Positions 26,036 to 38,670 of a DNA stretch of 64,000 bases are shown piece after piece (position 1 is the stretch's first letter; each line of letters begins with the position of its first letter). The DNA is from Octopus sinensis (taxonomy: Eukaryota). The translations under genes and the position numbers were made by a program. Where the stretch lies: assembly GCF_006345805.1 (NCBI RefSeq), contig NC_043001.1, positions 35,650,001-35,714,000 of the forward strand, read 5' to 3'. Below the pieces are notes generated by a model, which made no database searches, was not told the origin of the DNA, and saw only the letters and a program-made list of their open reading frames with translations.

Positions 26036-26706
26036 GCGAGAAAGAAGCAACCAAGAATGGTAGGTTTTTGTACGATCGTTTCATACAAGGACAGGTTTAT
26101 TAAAAGTTGCAAAGATTACAGCATATAAACGAGTCCCGTCTCATCAGCTAAAAACATGTAAGTTCTCTAGACATCCTAGTGTTTGAGGCTATACTAATGA
26201 GTAATGTAGATAATTAAACAGATTTCTAAAGTTCATTAAGTTCTTTAAAGATGATGTACAGTCTTATCACAGAATTTTAAAAAAGTTTTGATAGCATCAC
26301 AGAGAAGGGACCTAATCCATATGAATTTCCATAGATATGATGAGGGATTATATATACTCACAGAGTAATATACTCGTGAGTAATCCCTCATCATATCTAT
26401 GGAAATTCATATGGATTAGGTCACCTTCTCTGTGATGCTATCAAAATTTTTAAAATTCTGTGATAAGACTGTACATCATCTTTAAAGAACTTTAATGAAC
26501 TTAGAATCTGTTTAATTATCTACATTACTTCATGGGTATAGCCTCAAACACTAGGATGTCTAGAGAACTTACATGTATTTTAGCTGATGAGTACGGGACT
26601 CGTTTATATGCTGTATCTTTGCAACTTTTAATAAAACCTGTCTTGTATGAAACGATATCCTTGTTTCGATCTAAAAACCTATCCATTCTTGTTGCTTCTT
26701 TCTCGC
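26036..26706. mobile_element. Foldback element, copy 2 (part of a ~805-bp tandem duplication)
   Basis: Same arms, centre and 5' flank as copy 1, differing mostly by 1-bp indels. Confidence 0.8.
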
Positions 26707-27060
26707 GTTTAATATATATATATATATATAATATAGATTATATTAGGTGTATAACTCCAAACTTACAGGGAAAAATTCAATTTATATAAAATCAATTTCA
26801 CAGTATATATTATATATATATATATATATAAAATATAAATTAGAGATAAAACCACTATTATGCAACTCAAACAGTGATAGACATAAACCAAAACAAAATA
26901 ACAAATAATATATATTTTTATAAAACATTTAACGTATAACTAGATGTCAAAATGTATAAAAATGAATGGTCAATATTATATTAAATTATATATTGATCAT
27001 TCATTTTTATACTTTTTGAGATCTAGTTATAAGTTATATGTTTTATAAATATATATATAT

Positions 27061-27581
27061 TACTAGCAGAAATACCCGTCGTTGACTGGGTTCAGAAAGA
27101 GTCTTCAAAAATTACAGCCTGATTTATGAAAGTTACTGCTTCGATATTATTGAATGCTTTGTAGCAGAATATCCGCAAGCTCTTATTGCCAGGTTTCGTC
27201 CCAAAAAGTTATATTTTACTAATGCGTCCGATGATAGTCAGTCTCTTCAGCCCTTTTTCTTTTCCTACGCTGGGATTGCTTAGGTAGTCTAAATCTAATT
27301 TTTTGAAGTAGGGTGAATTAATTTATATGCAAGACAGGGGACTTAACTCACGTTAGGAAACTTGCTGATTTCACTGAGGTGAAAATTGGTAAAAGTTATG
27401 GTGAAAATCGATTTTTAACGCTATCCGGTGGTTCCTTGGGGAAAATAATTAGACAAAAGCACCGCCGCCAAGATTGTGACCAATGTCCTCCTAAAATTGG
27501 AGCGATATGCGTGCTAATTTGTGGACGTGCACAAAGTACATTCACGTACACACACACATCCTGCCTTTTATAGATATAGAT
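27061..27581 (+). mobile_element. Non-autonomous Helitron/Helentron-like element
   Basis: Starts TACTAGCAGAAATACCCGTCGTTG; ends with a short (CA)n and CTTTTATAGATATAGAT, a terminal layout typical of invertebrate non-autonomous rolling-circle elements (from memory). Confidence 0.55.
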
Positions 27582-29779
27582 TTGTTATTTATTTTTTTTA
27601 ATTCGTTATTTCTATATTGAATCAATTTCGGAATTAATCTCATAATAGATTTTTCCTCGTCAGTAGAAAATACGAATAGAAATAAATGAAATACTTACAT
27701 GCGCACATGGAAAAAAGCCGAAGCAAAAATCATGAGTACACATAAGTACCCAGATATATCCAGATATAAAATCCTTTGGTCAGCCTCAGCACACGTGTGG
27801 ACTGTTCTCCATTACAGCTTATAGTGGTTGCCAGTCCCTATAGCGAATTGTAACAAATCTACCACTAATATAGGATGAAGTTTTTTTACAGAAAAAATTT
27901 CATTTATTTATTTATCTTAACCTGTATAACGGTCTCAATAGCTGGTCTTTTGTTTTTAAATTTCAACTGACCAATTACATCGAACGTTGAACCTTGGCCT
28001 ATCTCATTTCACACAACAGGTAGAAAGGCTTTCCACCTTTCAGTAAATATGTAAATTGCATTTAACCAATTAGCATTTTATTATGATTAATAATATTAAT
28101 TAGTATTACAAACATAACTATTATAATTTATGTTTAATATAAAACCTTACCCTATCTACACCCCTTCTCCTACTACAACCTATTAGAATATCCCTCTATT
28201 ATTATTTTTGAATTTTTTATTTTTATAATTTTTCCATGTTATTCCCCACCCCTTTACAAAGGGTTAATCCATTAATCGCTATTTTGTTTTAGGCGTTTAC
28301 TTAACGGCCCAAAGAGATACACAAGCAAAATGGTACGATTACAACCACATTCAACTTCTCCCTTTTCCTTCTCTATGCTCTTCTTCATTTATTCTTCACT
28401 CTGATGAAGTTTATTGTTTCGGATCGGTTTTATTACCAAATATGATTAATATTTTTACATACTTTTTCATATCAATGGCAATTGCATAGAACATTGGAAG
28501 CAGAAACAGCTGTTAGATGGGATGCAGTCTATTTGTATTGAATTAATAAATAACAATTGATGCAAATCAATTGTTATTTGTCAGTATTACTTCATTTTCT
28601 GTTTTCTTCATATATATATATATATATATACATCATTTGCATCTGTGAGGAGCCATTTTAGATGTTTAAAGTGCTACTGACCTGGTTGCATTTGAGCGAC
28701 AAAAATTTTGGCATTTCAAGAAATACTTGAGAACTGAGTTTTAAAGCATTTTGTTTGTCCTAAGTATCTAAAAATGGTTCAGCCATGATGAACTGCTTCA
28801 GTTTCAGCGCACGATATTAAATATATTCAGTTACTATGCAACAAAAATTATGTGTGGCTGTGCATTTATGTTCAGGTATATATTTGTATTTATGTAAATA
28901 GTTGTATGTATAACATTCCAAAATATAACTTGCTTTCTTCCTTGTTCGTAACTATGAACATCATTCCACATACAATGATTCCTAGACAAATCAGCCATCC
29001 TCTGGCATCTGTCAAACGTTTGATTAAATGTGTGCGTGACAATTGAATAACCAACGTCAGGAGAGAATTGACTTTTATGTCATTTCCGACCGATTCTCTG
29101 CATGTATTTACCGTTCTTAGAATTTTACTTCACGGCACACAAGCAAAATGGTATGATACAGCGTTTGTTTGTATACTTGATAGATATATATATATATTCA
29201 TTTAACCCAAATCCGACGGCAGAGTTACATTTTTTATTATCTTGTATTATATTTCAAAAAGATCTCTTACGTGAAATCTCATTAAAAAATTCAGCTTTTG
29301 CTTCAAATCATATCATCATATTGATTTTTTATTTCATGTGCTACAATGCTTCAAACAATTATCACACCGTAATTAAAACTATGTTAGATCAACCCAAGGT
29401 GATTGCCACTAAAGCAGAAATAAGCAAGTTTAAAGATTCAGTTGTCTTAACCACTGTGCAAGTTTTACAGGGAAAATTGATTAAAATTTTGTCAGGTTGG
29501 AGAAGGGCGATGTGGTTGCTACATTTGGACGTCAGCGACGTTTGCAACAAAGTCGTAATTTGTGATTTTTCGATACAGGTAGATTGGCAGTATTGGAATA
29601 ATTTTCTTCAGACATATTGACATTATTTCGATATTGTTCTTTAAGCCTCGGCTTATTTTTGTCAGTACTTGACTAAATCGTTAACCCAGTTCTAGCGTTT
29701 TCGATCCAAATCTTGTCGGGTCAACTTTTCCTTTAATCCCTTCGTGGTTGAGAAAATAAAGTACCAGTATAGAATTGGA

Positions 29780-30000
29780 GGTGGAGACGCGTGGCTTAGT
29801 GGTTAAGGTGTCAACATCATGATCGCAAGATTGTGGTTTCGATTCATGGACCGGGCGACGCGCTCTGTTCTTGAGCAAAACACTTCATTTCACGTTGCTC
29901 CAGTCCACTCAGCTGGCAAAAATGAGTAACGCTGCGATGGACTGGCGTCCAGTCCAGCTGGGGAACACATACACCATTGAAATCGGGAAACCGGGCCCAT
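29780..30000 (+). mobile_element. tRNA-SINE with CORE-like domain and V-SINE-like tail
   Basis: TGGCTTAGTGG, GGTTTCGATTC, TTGAGCAAAACACTT, CTGCGATGGACTGGCGTCC. Confidence 0.75.
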
Positions 30001-30798
30001 GAGGTGGTTTCATGGCAAAGAATTCATCAAGGTATCAGTTTACGTCATCCAAAGAATTGTAATTTTTACCATGAAGACTATTCTGCAGAGACCTGATTAA
30101 GTGGAAATCCGAAGGAGCAATATCTGGTGAATATGGAGGGTGGGGTAACACATCCCAGCCGAGCTGCAGCAACTTTTGTCTGGTTCCCAAAGCATCAAGT
30201 GCTGAAAATGAACTGTTTTATCTTCCATTTTAAAAGGTTACAGAATTAACACAGGTTATAGGAACATAAATCTTCTTCCACGAAAAGATAGCTTAAACTG
30301 TGCTCTAAATGGAGCTGTAGTCAAATCTTATTTTATGAACTCAACCATCTTCTAGAATAAGTCGAAAGGTAAACTACAATAAATCGGCACGAACTTTCCG
30401 GACAACCCAATACTTACAATATCGGCTTTTTTTTTGTCGAACCTCTAATTTACGGGGACATAAAGAAACAAACATCGGCTGTCAAGCGGTGATGAATAAA
30501 AAATTATCTTGTTTTGTATTTTCACTTTACCGAATTCTCGAGCAGGATTAATGTGATGCAATAGGTGAGTTTTTGTACCCTAACATCTAGTCGATTAAAG
30601 GTTTGTAAGTAAAACAAAGTAGGTAGGAATTAGAGTACTTTAAGTATAACCTGATTATGGATATGTAGCAGCAGTTACTGATTATAACAACGTATTCTCT
30701 GTGGAATTAATTTTATCTATGCCAAACAGTGTATAATTTTCTAAATTTACTAAATAAGTCTTCCATCACTTCTTCGTCAAGAATGGTGTAATCTGTTC

Positions 30799-30838
30799 TT
30801 CACTGATGAGCCCTTTATAAGACCGAAACATGTCTGGA
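30799..30838 (+). ncRNA. Minimal type I hammerhead motif with damaged stem II
   Basis: TTCA-CTGATGA-GCCCTTTATAAGACC-GAAA-C-AT-GTC-TGGA: canonical cores, GUC triplet, palindromic ACAUGU stem III, 4-bp stem I (one G-U); stem II has two mismatches. Confidence 0.6.
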
Positions 30839-31849
30839 TTGTTCTCTAGCATTTCAGAGATATTTTCGTCTAGTCAATGGCTTGTATATTTCTTAATCTA
30901 TTGCTTAATTATTTCTATTGTGTCTGGGGAGAGTAATTTTCTTTTTGTGCCTTATAATTTAACACACTCACCGGTAAAATTTCCACTTGTTTCTTATTTT
31001 TATTTTCCTAAAATTTTCGTTGCGTCTTGCAACCTTTTCAATTGTCTTGACTATTATAAGGCACAAAAAGACAATGACTCTCCCCAGACACAACAAAATA
31101 TGCTTCAATACACGAACTCACATAAAGAATCTTGCAAACCAAATCCAAAAACCAAATAATTATTTCTAGTTTTCACTAAATTAAAGAGCGGTTATATATT
31201 CAATCCAACTTCTCACACGATTGTTATATAAACCATATAGCGAATACATCTGTTACTCAACCACTATGAAAGTTCACAATATTTACACGTGACTTATTTA
31301 TTTGCTTTACAAATCTGCCTTGTTCAACCGAGAGTACGATTACTTCCCTTAGATTCCTAACAAGTAACTACATCCTAATAACAATGATTATAAAGCTAAT
31401 CCTCATATTTTTCACTTGATACACAGTATTAACTATGTGGCATTATTTCGTCGAAAGTACAAAAGAAATTATCGATTTCTCCTAGACAAAGCGCCGAAAG
31501 GCATTCTTTCCAAATACAATAATTCGCAGCATATTATGAATAACCATTTCCTTTAAGACATGCAAATATGGCAACTAAGGCGATGAATGATCCCGAACGG
31601 TTGAATAATTAATATTTATGCAAGTTCAGTGGGTGGCAGAATTGATTGCCCTACTTAGAACCGCCATATTGTTTTCTTTGCCTAGATTATTCCGACTACT
31701 ATCTTTGCGTTTCACTATTCACGGCTTGATACCAGGCGTGATTTGTAACTGTATAATTTGTCCTCCAAAAATGGGAGGCCTTCTATAAACCTCTAAAATC
31801 AACATGAATGCTTTGCATTGCATTCGATGCTGAAGATACATTATTTTTA

Positions 31850-32056
31850 TACTCTTTTACTCTTTTACTTGTTTCAGTCATTTGACTGCGGCCATACTGG
31901 AGCACCGCCTTTAGTCGAGCAAATCGACCCCATTCTTTGGAAGCCTAGTACTTATTCTATCGATCTGTTTTGCCGAACTGCTAAGTTACGGGGATGTAAA
32001 CACACCAGCATCGGTTGCCAAGCGATGTTGGGGGACAAACACAGACACACAAACAT

Positions 32057-32101
<45 letters not shown>

Positions 32102-32265
32102 CGACGGGCTTCTTTCAGTTTCCGTCTACCAAATCCACTCACAAGGCTTTGATCGGCCCGAGGCTATAGTAGAAAACACTTGCCGAAGGTGCTACGCAGT
32201 GGGAATGAATCCGGAACCATGTGATTGGTAAGCAAGCTACTTACCACACAGCCACTCCTACGCCT
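31850..32265 (-). mobile_element. Family A SINE, full length
   Basis: Same as 3187-3600. Confidence 0.88.
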
Positions 32266-33469
32266 AGTTAAATACTTATTGTACTGGACAAAACATAAAA
32301 CTTCATTTTAAACACTGAATGCCAAATCCAGAAAAGCACAAATTGTTGACAAAGAATTGATTCTTTTAGCTGTTATTGTGTCTGTAGCAGGTCGAGTAAA
32401 CCAGTGACTGACCCAATCAATAAAATTCCTTTAATCAATAATGCATCACGAAGAAGAACTGACGAAATGTGCTGATGTGAAAAACACATTATACATATTT
32501 TATAGCATTTCCTAATTTTCTTTATAATTCGACGTTGTTTCTTCAACAAAGAAAAGAAGACATACCGTTTTAACTTAGGTGCTGTATATAAAGGAAATAA
32601 CTCGAGTTATTATTCGCTAAACGTTTCGTTAAGGAAAGTCTGTATTCCTTGAGGAATTTTTTTAATGTGATTCTTTTTTTCCAAATATAATTACAAACAT
32701 GATAACAGCTGCAACAGATGCAGGTTCGTTTGGATTGCGCTGTCACAGGGAATTCATTGCACGCTTTAATAATCTGTGCAGTGCCTAATGTGATTCATCA
32801 ACGACATTTAATTGCAAAAATCTTAGCGATCGTTTACACCGTTCACTGCAATATATCATTACAGCAATTAACAAAGTCAAAAATAATTCTTCAAATGACA
32901 GATTATTCGGACAGTTGTGCAAACAAAGCGATGAAGTGCGTGATCACTTGTTATTTCACGGTGAAATTCGCTGTGTCCAAGGGTGCTTATTTTAGTCTCA
33001 CACATACACACACACACACACACAAACACACGCACACACATACACACACACACACATACAATCACATGCATATATTCGTATATAAATATATACTTACACA
33101 CATGCGCACACACAAATATGACAGTTTAGGAATTCTCTTAAAAGAAGACATTGTGAAGTTTGAAAGTCACAATGTCGTTTTATCTTTTAGTAAGGAGGGA
33201 TGCATTTTTACTTTGGGGTTGGTACTTTTTCTTTTATTCGACACCGAAATGATGAAAGCAAATTTCACCCCGGCGAGATTTGAATTCGCAACGCAAAGAG
33301 AGAAACTGCAAAATCTGTCCGACATTTTTCTGACGTTACTAGTTCTACGTATAAGCCAGATTATATTTAAAGTTTCATGAAATTAATATGGAGTTGATAG
33401 TGTCTTCATTTTCGTTCCATAATTAGAATTGTTTAAAGAGCAAGGCTCGAACTTGTTTTACGATACTAG

Positions 33470-34100
33470 ATTAGTGAGCTGGTAAGAATCTTTAGAGCAT
33501 CGACTAAAATATACTTTGAGGCGTTTCCTCTGGCTCATTACATTCTGAGTTCAAACCCCAGTAAGATCAACTTAAATTATCAGTTAAATAATGCAGAGGA
33601 ATGTATCGACTTAACCACCCCCTCCAAAATACAGGTTTTCACCCTAAATCATAAGCCATTAGATTGCATCTAATGGCTTATAGGGTCACTGGAGCGTCGC
33701 AAAATGCTTACAGCTTTCCTTCTGGCTCCCTATGTTCTAAGTTTAAATCCAGCCGAGGTGAGCTTCTCTTTCGTCCTTCTAGGCCGATGAAATAAAATAT
33801 CAGTTGATGTTATAGGCAACTCACCCCCCACCTCAAAATTGCTGGCTCTGTGCCTAAATCGGAAATCATAGTATTAAATTTCAATAAGACACCGACATAC
33901 AAGAATCATTAGAGCGTCGGAGAAAAAAATGCCTTATAGTATATCTTTAGGCTTTTTACATTACGGCTTCTATACCTGTTGCAGTCAGCTTTGCCGTTTG
34001 TCTACAAGGTGGAAACACCAGTCAAATACTGGAGTCAGTGATATCTTCTAACCGCCTTCCCTTTCAAAATATCTGACTCTGAGTCTACATTAGAAACATT
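33470..34100 (+). mobile_element. Three highly diverged family B SINE copies
   Basis: Residual TTCTGAGTTCAAA / AGTTTAAATCCAGCCGAGG / TACTGGAGTC motifs. Confidence 0.55.
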
Positions 34101-34119
34101 TATCTGTTATCTTTTAGCT

Positions 34120-34270
34120 ACCATTTGTTTCAGTCGTTAGACTGCAGCCATGTTAGGGCACCGCATTGAAGAACTTTTTCGTTAAGCCTGGTACTTATTC
34201 TATCGGGGTCTTTTTTGCCGAACCGCTACCGCTAGGTTACGGGGACGTAAACACATCAACACAGGTTGCC

Positions 34271-34311
<41 letters not shown>

Positions 34312-34460
34312 TATTTATATGACAGGCTTCTTTCAGTTTCCGTCTTCAAAATCCACACAATAGGGTTTGTAGAAGACACCTGCTCAAGGTGCTACACAGT
34401 GGGACTGAACCAGGAACCCTGTAATTGGGAAGCATGCTTCTTGCCACACAGTCACACCTG
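34120..34460 (-). mobile_element. Family A SINE, diverged
   Basis: Alignable body and head. Confidence 0.75.
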
Positions 34461-34862
34461 ATGGGATTTTCATTACGTTTCCATCTTGGTCCGTACTTTA
34501 TCAAAGGCGAAACACTCGAACTCATATCACAGCATGCAGAATAGTATTAATAAATAGATTAATCATTACGGGGCCAAATAAAGCAATCGTTTAATAAGAA
34601 GCAATGAAGAAACTTCCTTTTAACTGTCAACACTACATATAAATTAAACAGAAAATAGAGAGGTTGGAATTTTGCAGACAAATCATTGTCACGGAGAGAG
34701 TGACATTTCCTGTCGTAACTGTGTGATGACATACGAAGGATGGGAGATAAAAAGGAAGGTTAGAAGAACGAAGATAGAAAAACTGAACTCAAGCAAAACA
34801 GTAAGTTATTAATACTTATTAGAACATTATCCCAAGTAAAAAGTATATATATATATATATAT

Positions 34863-35640
34863 ATAATGGAACAAAAACGCAATAGATGACAATAAGACAT
34901 TGGGATATATAGACGGTGGAGGGCAGCGGGATTGAAGGATTGAAAAAAACAATCAGAGACAAAGGGAAAAGTACAGGGGAGATAAAGGAGGGAGAAACGT
35001 GGGAGTTAAAGAAAAAGAGGGCCCAGAAATGTGAGAGAGAGGGGGAACAAGAAAAAGAAAAGGGGAAGAAAATATGAGGGGGACTAAAAGATAGAATAAG
35101 GGTCATAAAAAATTTAGATACATATGGTGAGCGCAAGTGTGTACGTACGCCGCTATATGTATATATAAATATAAAAAAATGGAACAAAAACGCAATAAAC
35201 GACAATACAATATTCGGACAGATGGATGATACAAAGACGGACAGGAGAAACAACAGTTAGAAGGACAGGCGAAAAAAGACGGGTCATTCATGGTCACATT
35301 TTCTCAGTCAAGTTACCCGAAGTCCTTACTGTTTCGGGCAGTTACACTTGTGACAGTTCGATCTGGTTGCCCCCTAAAACGTCTAAGCGAAGAGCGTTAG
35401 ATTATTTTGTGAGAAGCTAGCGAATGTGTACGGCAACAAAGACAAAAAAAAAGCGGAGAACATGTGTACACAATTACAAATACAAACAACAAGAAAATAA
35501 CAACAGGTGTCTTTCGACTGAGAACGAATCAAGTTGAGCTGGCGTATATGAAGTGAAAGCCTAAAGGCATGAACATAGGATATGGACATAAGAGTTGGCG
35601 GTCGGCGGTCAGGCGAAGAAAGACAGATCATGGCTGGCTG
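34863..35640. repeat. Family X repeat (truncated head at 34863, longer copy from about 35165)
   Basis: Shares GACGGGTCATTC...CTCAGTCAAG and AACAACAGGTGTCTTTCGACT with 4033-4500. Confidence 0.55.
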
Positions 35641-36076
35641 TTGCTTAAAGACTAGGGAGAAATTTAATTTCAAGCTATATTTTCATCGCCACCATCCTTC
35701 CCATCTTAGGGAGAAAAAGTATAGTGCTTAATTGTTCAGAATATATAATATGTAATATTTAACATATATAATATATCATATATATTATTTATATATTATA
35801 TATATGCATATATGCATTATATAAATACTTATATATTTTATATATGTACATATATATACTATATATGTATATATATTCTTTTTTTTAATTGTTTCCATCA
35901 TTTGACTGCGGCCATGCTGGAGTACCGCCTTAAAGGGTGTTATTCGAATAAATCAAACTCAGGACTTCTTGTTTGTAAGCCTAGTACTTATTCTATCGGG
36001 ACATAAACGCACCGGCATTGTTTGCCAAGTGATGGCAGGAGGACAAACACACACATAAACACACGCACGCACACGA

Positions 36077-36110
<34 letters not shown>

Positions 36111-36119
36111 TATAAAACT

Positions 36120-36544
36120 TAGGTAGTGGGTAGCGATTTTCCTCACTACTTCAGGGAGTGACGACCCTGCCTTACACGAGTCTCGAGCTCAGCTGGATCC
36201 GGTTGACAGTACCCGGTATGGGCTTCTATCCAGGGTTACGGAAAGGAGAAAACCTCAAAGTAATCCAGAGTGGAGCCCTGTAGGCGGTTTAGTGTTCGAC
36301 TCGACACTCTTCCGGCAGCTCGTGTAACCAAGCTTGTGCCAAACGTAATGCTCTGCACTCCTTTGGACTACGTCAGCAAGATCGAGAGAGGAATCCTGAC
36401 GATTGGGCTACCCAGGATTTTCTTACATGTAGCCCAGGTCTGCGCAAAACTGGAAAGGAAACTGGAGAGGGCATGAAATGTAAAAACCAGACTGGATTAG
36501 TTTATGCGCAACTCCATTGTCTCCCGAGACAAAAGGATGCCAAC

Positions 36545-36558
<14 letters not shown>
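36120..36558 (+). mobile_element. Short non-coding retroelement, possibly an internally deleted RTE derivative
   Basis: GC-richer unique block ending in hairpin GTCTC-CC-GAGAC followed by a (CAA)n tail. The RTE link is inference. Confidence 0.4.
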
Positions 36559-36598
<40 letters not shown>

Positions 36599-36718
36599 AA
36601 AACCACTCACAAGGCTTTAGTCGGCCCGAGGCTATAGTAGAAGGTGTCATGCAGTGAGACTGAACCTGGAACAGTGTGGTTGGGAAGCAAGCTTCTTACT
36701 ACACAACGACGTCTGCGC

Positions 36719-36763
<45 letters not shown>

Positions 36764-37289
36764 GTGGTCTCCTCAGTATCTATGACAGAAGTTAATTGAT
36801 ATTACGTAATGGCACATCAAGTTTAAGATATTAGACTGTCTGTTTCATACTTGTATACTTCCAATATAAAACAGACAGAGAAAATATAATAATCTAACAC
36901 TTTTATGTGGTACCAGCTAGTGTATGTGGTATTTCAAAGTGACTAGGTGTTTCCCCTGGTATACGACAATAATTACTAGAATTAGTCCCATTACTAAGAA
37001 ATGGACGAGAGAAAATAGAAACTGATTTTAATTCCCAACTAATACAATTATACTTACCTCACGTCAATAATCCTTTGCAAGATATTACAGCTTCCATCTA
37101 GTTTTATTAATTTTTTCCCCCTTATAAGTGGACGATCATATAAAATCCACAAGGCTTGAAATGTAGAAGACTTTTCTTTTTATTTTTCATAAGTGTAAAG
37201 CTAATACACTTTGCTTTTTTCTACCTCGTCGTCGTGTTATTGATGACTTTTGCAGCATATATATGTATGAATGTATGTATGTATGTATG

Positions 37290-37345
<56 letters not shown>

Positions 37346-37353
37346 AATGTATT

Positions 37354-37390
<37 letters not shown>

Positions 37391-37545
37391 TATACATATA
37401 TTAAATTCAAACTACGATGAACGTGAACAAACGAAGTTTGCTTTAGAAGCGTTGAGATGTCTTAGGAAGTTAAAGAAGTGATTTAAAATTCTCAAACGCA
37501 GGATAATGCAAATGATATATGCATATATATATATATATATATATA

Positions 37546-37606
<61 letters not shown>

Positions 37607-37622
37607 TATATATTATTATATA

Positions 37623-37689
<67 letters not shown>

Positions 37690-37837
37690 TATATACATAT
37701 ATATATACATATATACCAGAGGGAGCAAATACATCACAAAAGTATCAATAAAGTATATCCGTATATATGTATATCTATATATACTCCCCATTCACTACAC
37801 CATCATGCATATTGTATATATTGTATATCATATACTG

Positions 37838-37931
<94 letters not shown>

Positions 37932-38339
37932 TTATACAAGGAAAGTATTGACAGGGAATTTGAAGTTTTGGCTTTCTCGCCGTCAGCAGTTTGTTGACGT
38001 CGAGCAGACCGAAAGGCTAAAATATCTGTCAAATTTTTTTTTGTAAAAACTAATATGTAATCTACCGAAAAGCGTAAATTAATCCTTCAGTTTAATGTCA
38101 AACTCTATTTGCATAAATTCATACATACTTCGCATAAATTCATACATACATTCACGTAAACAGACATTTTTTTATTGAACGTATCTATCAATCCATTTAA
38201 TCAATATATACACGTGTGTGTGAGACAGTATGTGTGCGTGCGAGCGTGTGTATTCGTTATCTTGCTCTTGAAATTAATATATTTTTGACATTGCATGTCC
38301 ACTATAATAGAAATTTGAAAATATCAATAATAATCAACA

Positions 38340-38670
38340 TATGCGGAGACCTCCTTCGGTCACGACACAGACCATGGGATTGCACCTAGAAAGTTACCCT
38401 CCTGAGCAAGGTTGTTTATGGAAGACCAGCAGTCGCCCATGCATACCGGCCTTCCCTCTCCACGCCACCAGTATTATCCAAGGGAAAGGCAAGGGCCGAT
38501 ACAGCTTGGCATTAGTGACATCGCAACTCATTTCTACAGCTGAGTTAACTGGAGCAATGTGAAATAAAGTGTCTTGTTCAAGAACACAACACAGAGCCCG
38601 GTCCGGGATACGAGCTCACAACCTCACGATCGTTAGTTCGACGCTATAGCCACTGAGCCATACGCCTTCA
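38340..38670 (-). mobile_element. Family C SINE
   Basis: Minus-strand tRNA head plus TTGAACAAGACACTTTATTTCAC; homologous to 46502-46839. Confidence 0.82.

Noticed and set aside
29102-29620. 172-aa ORF in unique AT-rich DNA
   Set aside because: F/I/L-heavy composition typical of chance AT-rich frames, no recognisable motif.
36122-36175. Possible HDV-like ribozyme (GGTAGTG/CACTACT with a first G-U pair)
   Set aside because: Only 15 nt between the P1 strands and no P1.1 GG after P1; I could not build the double pseudoknot.
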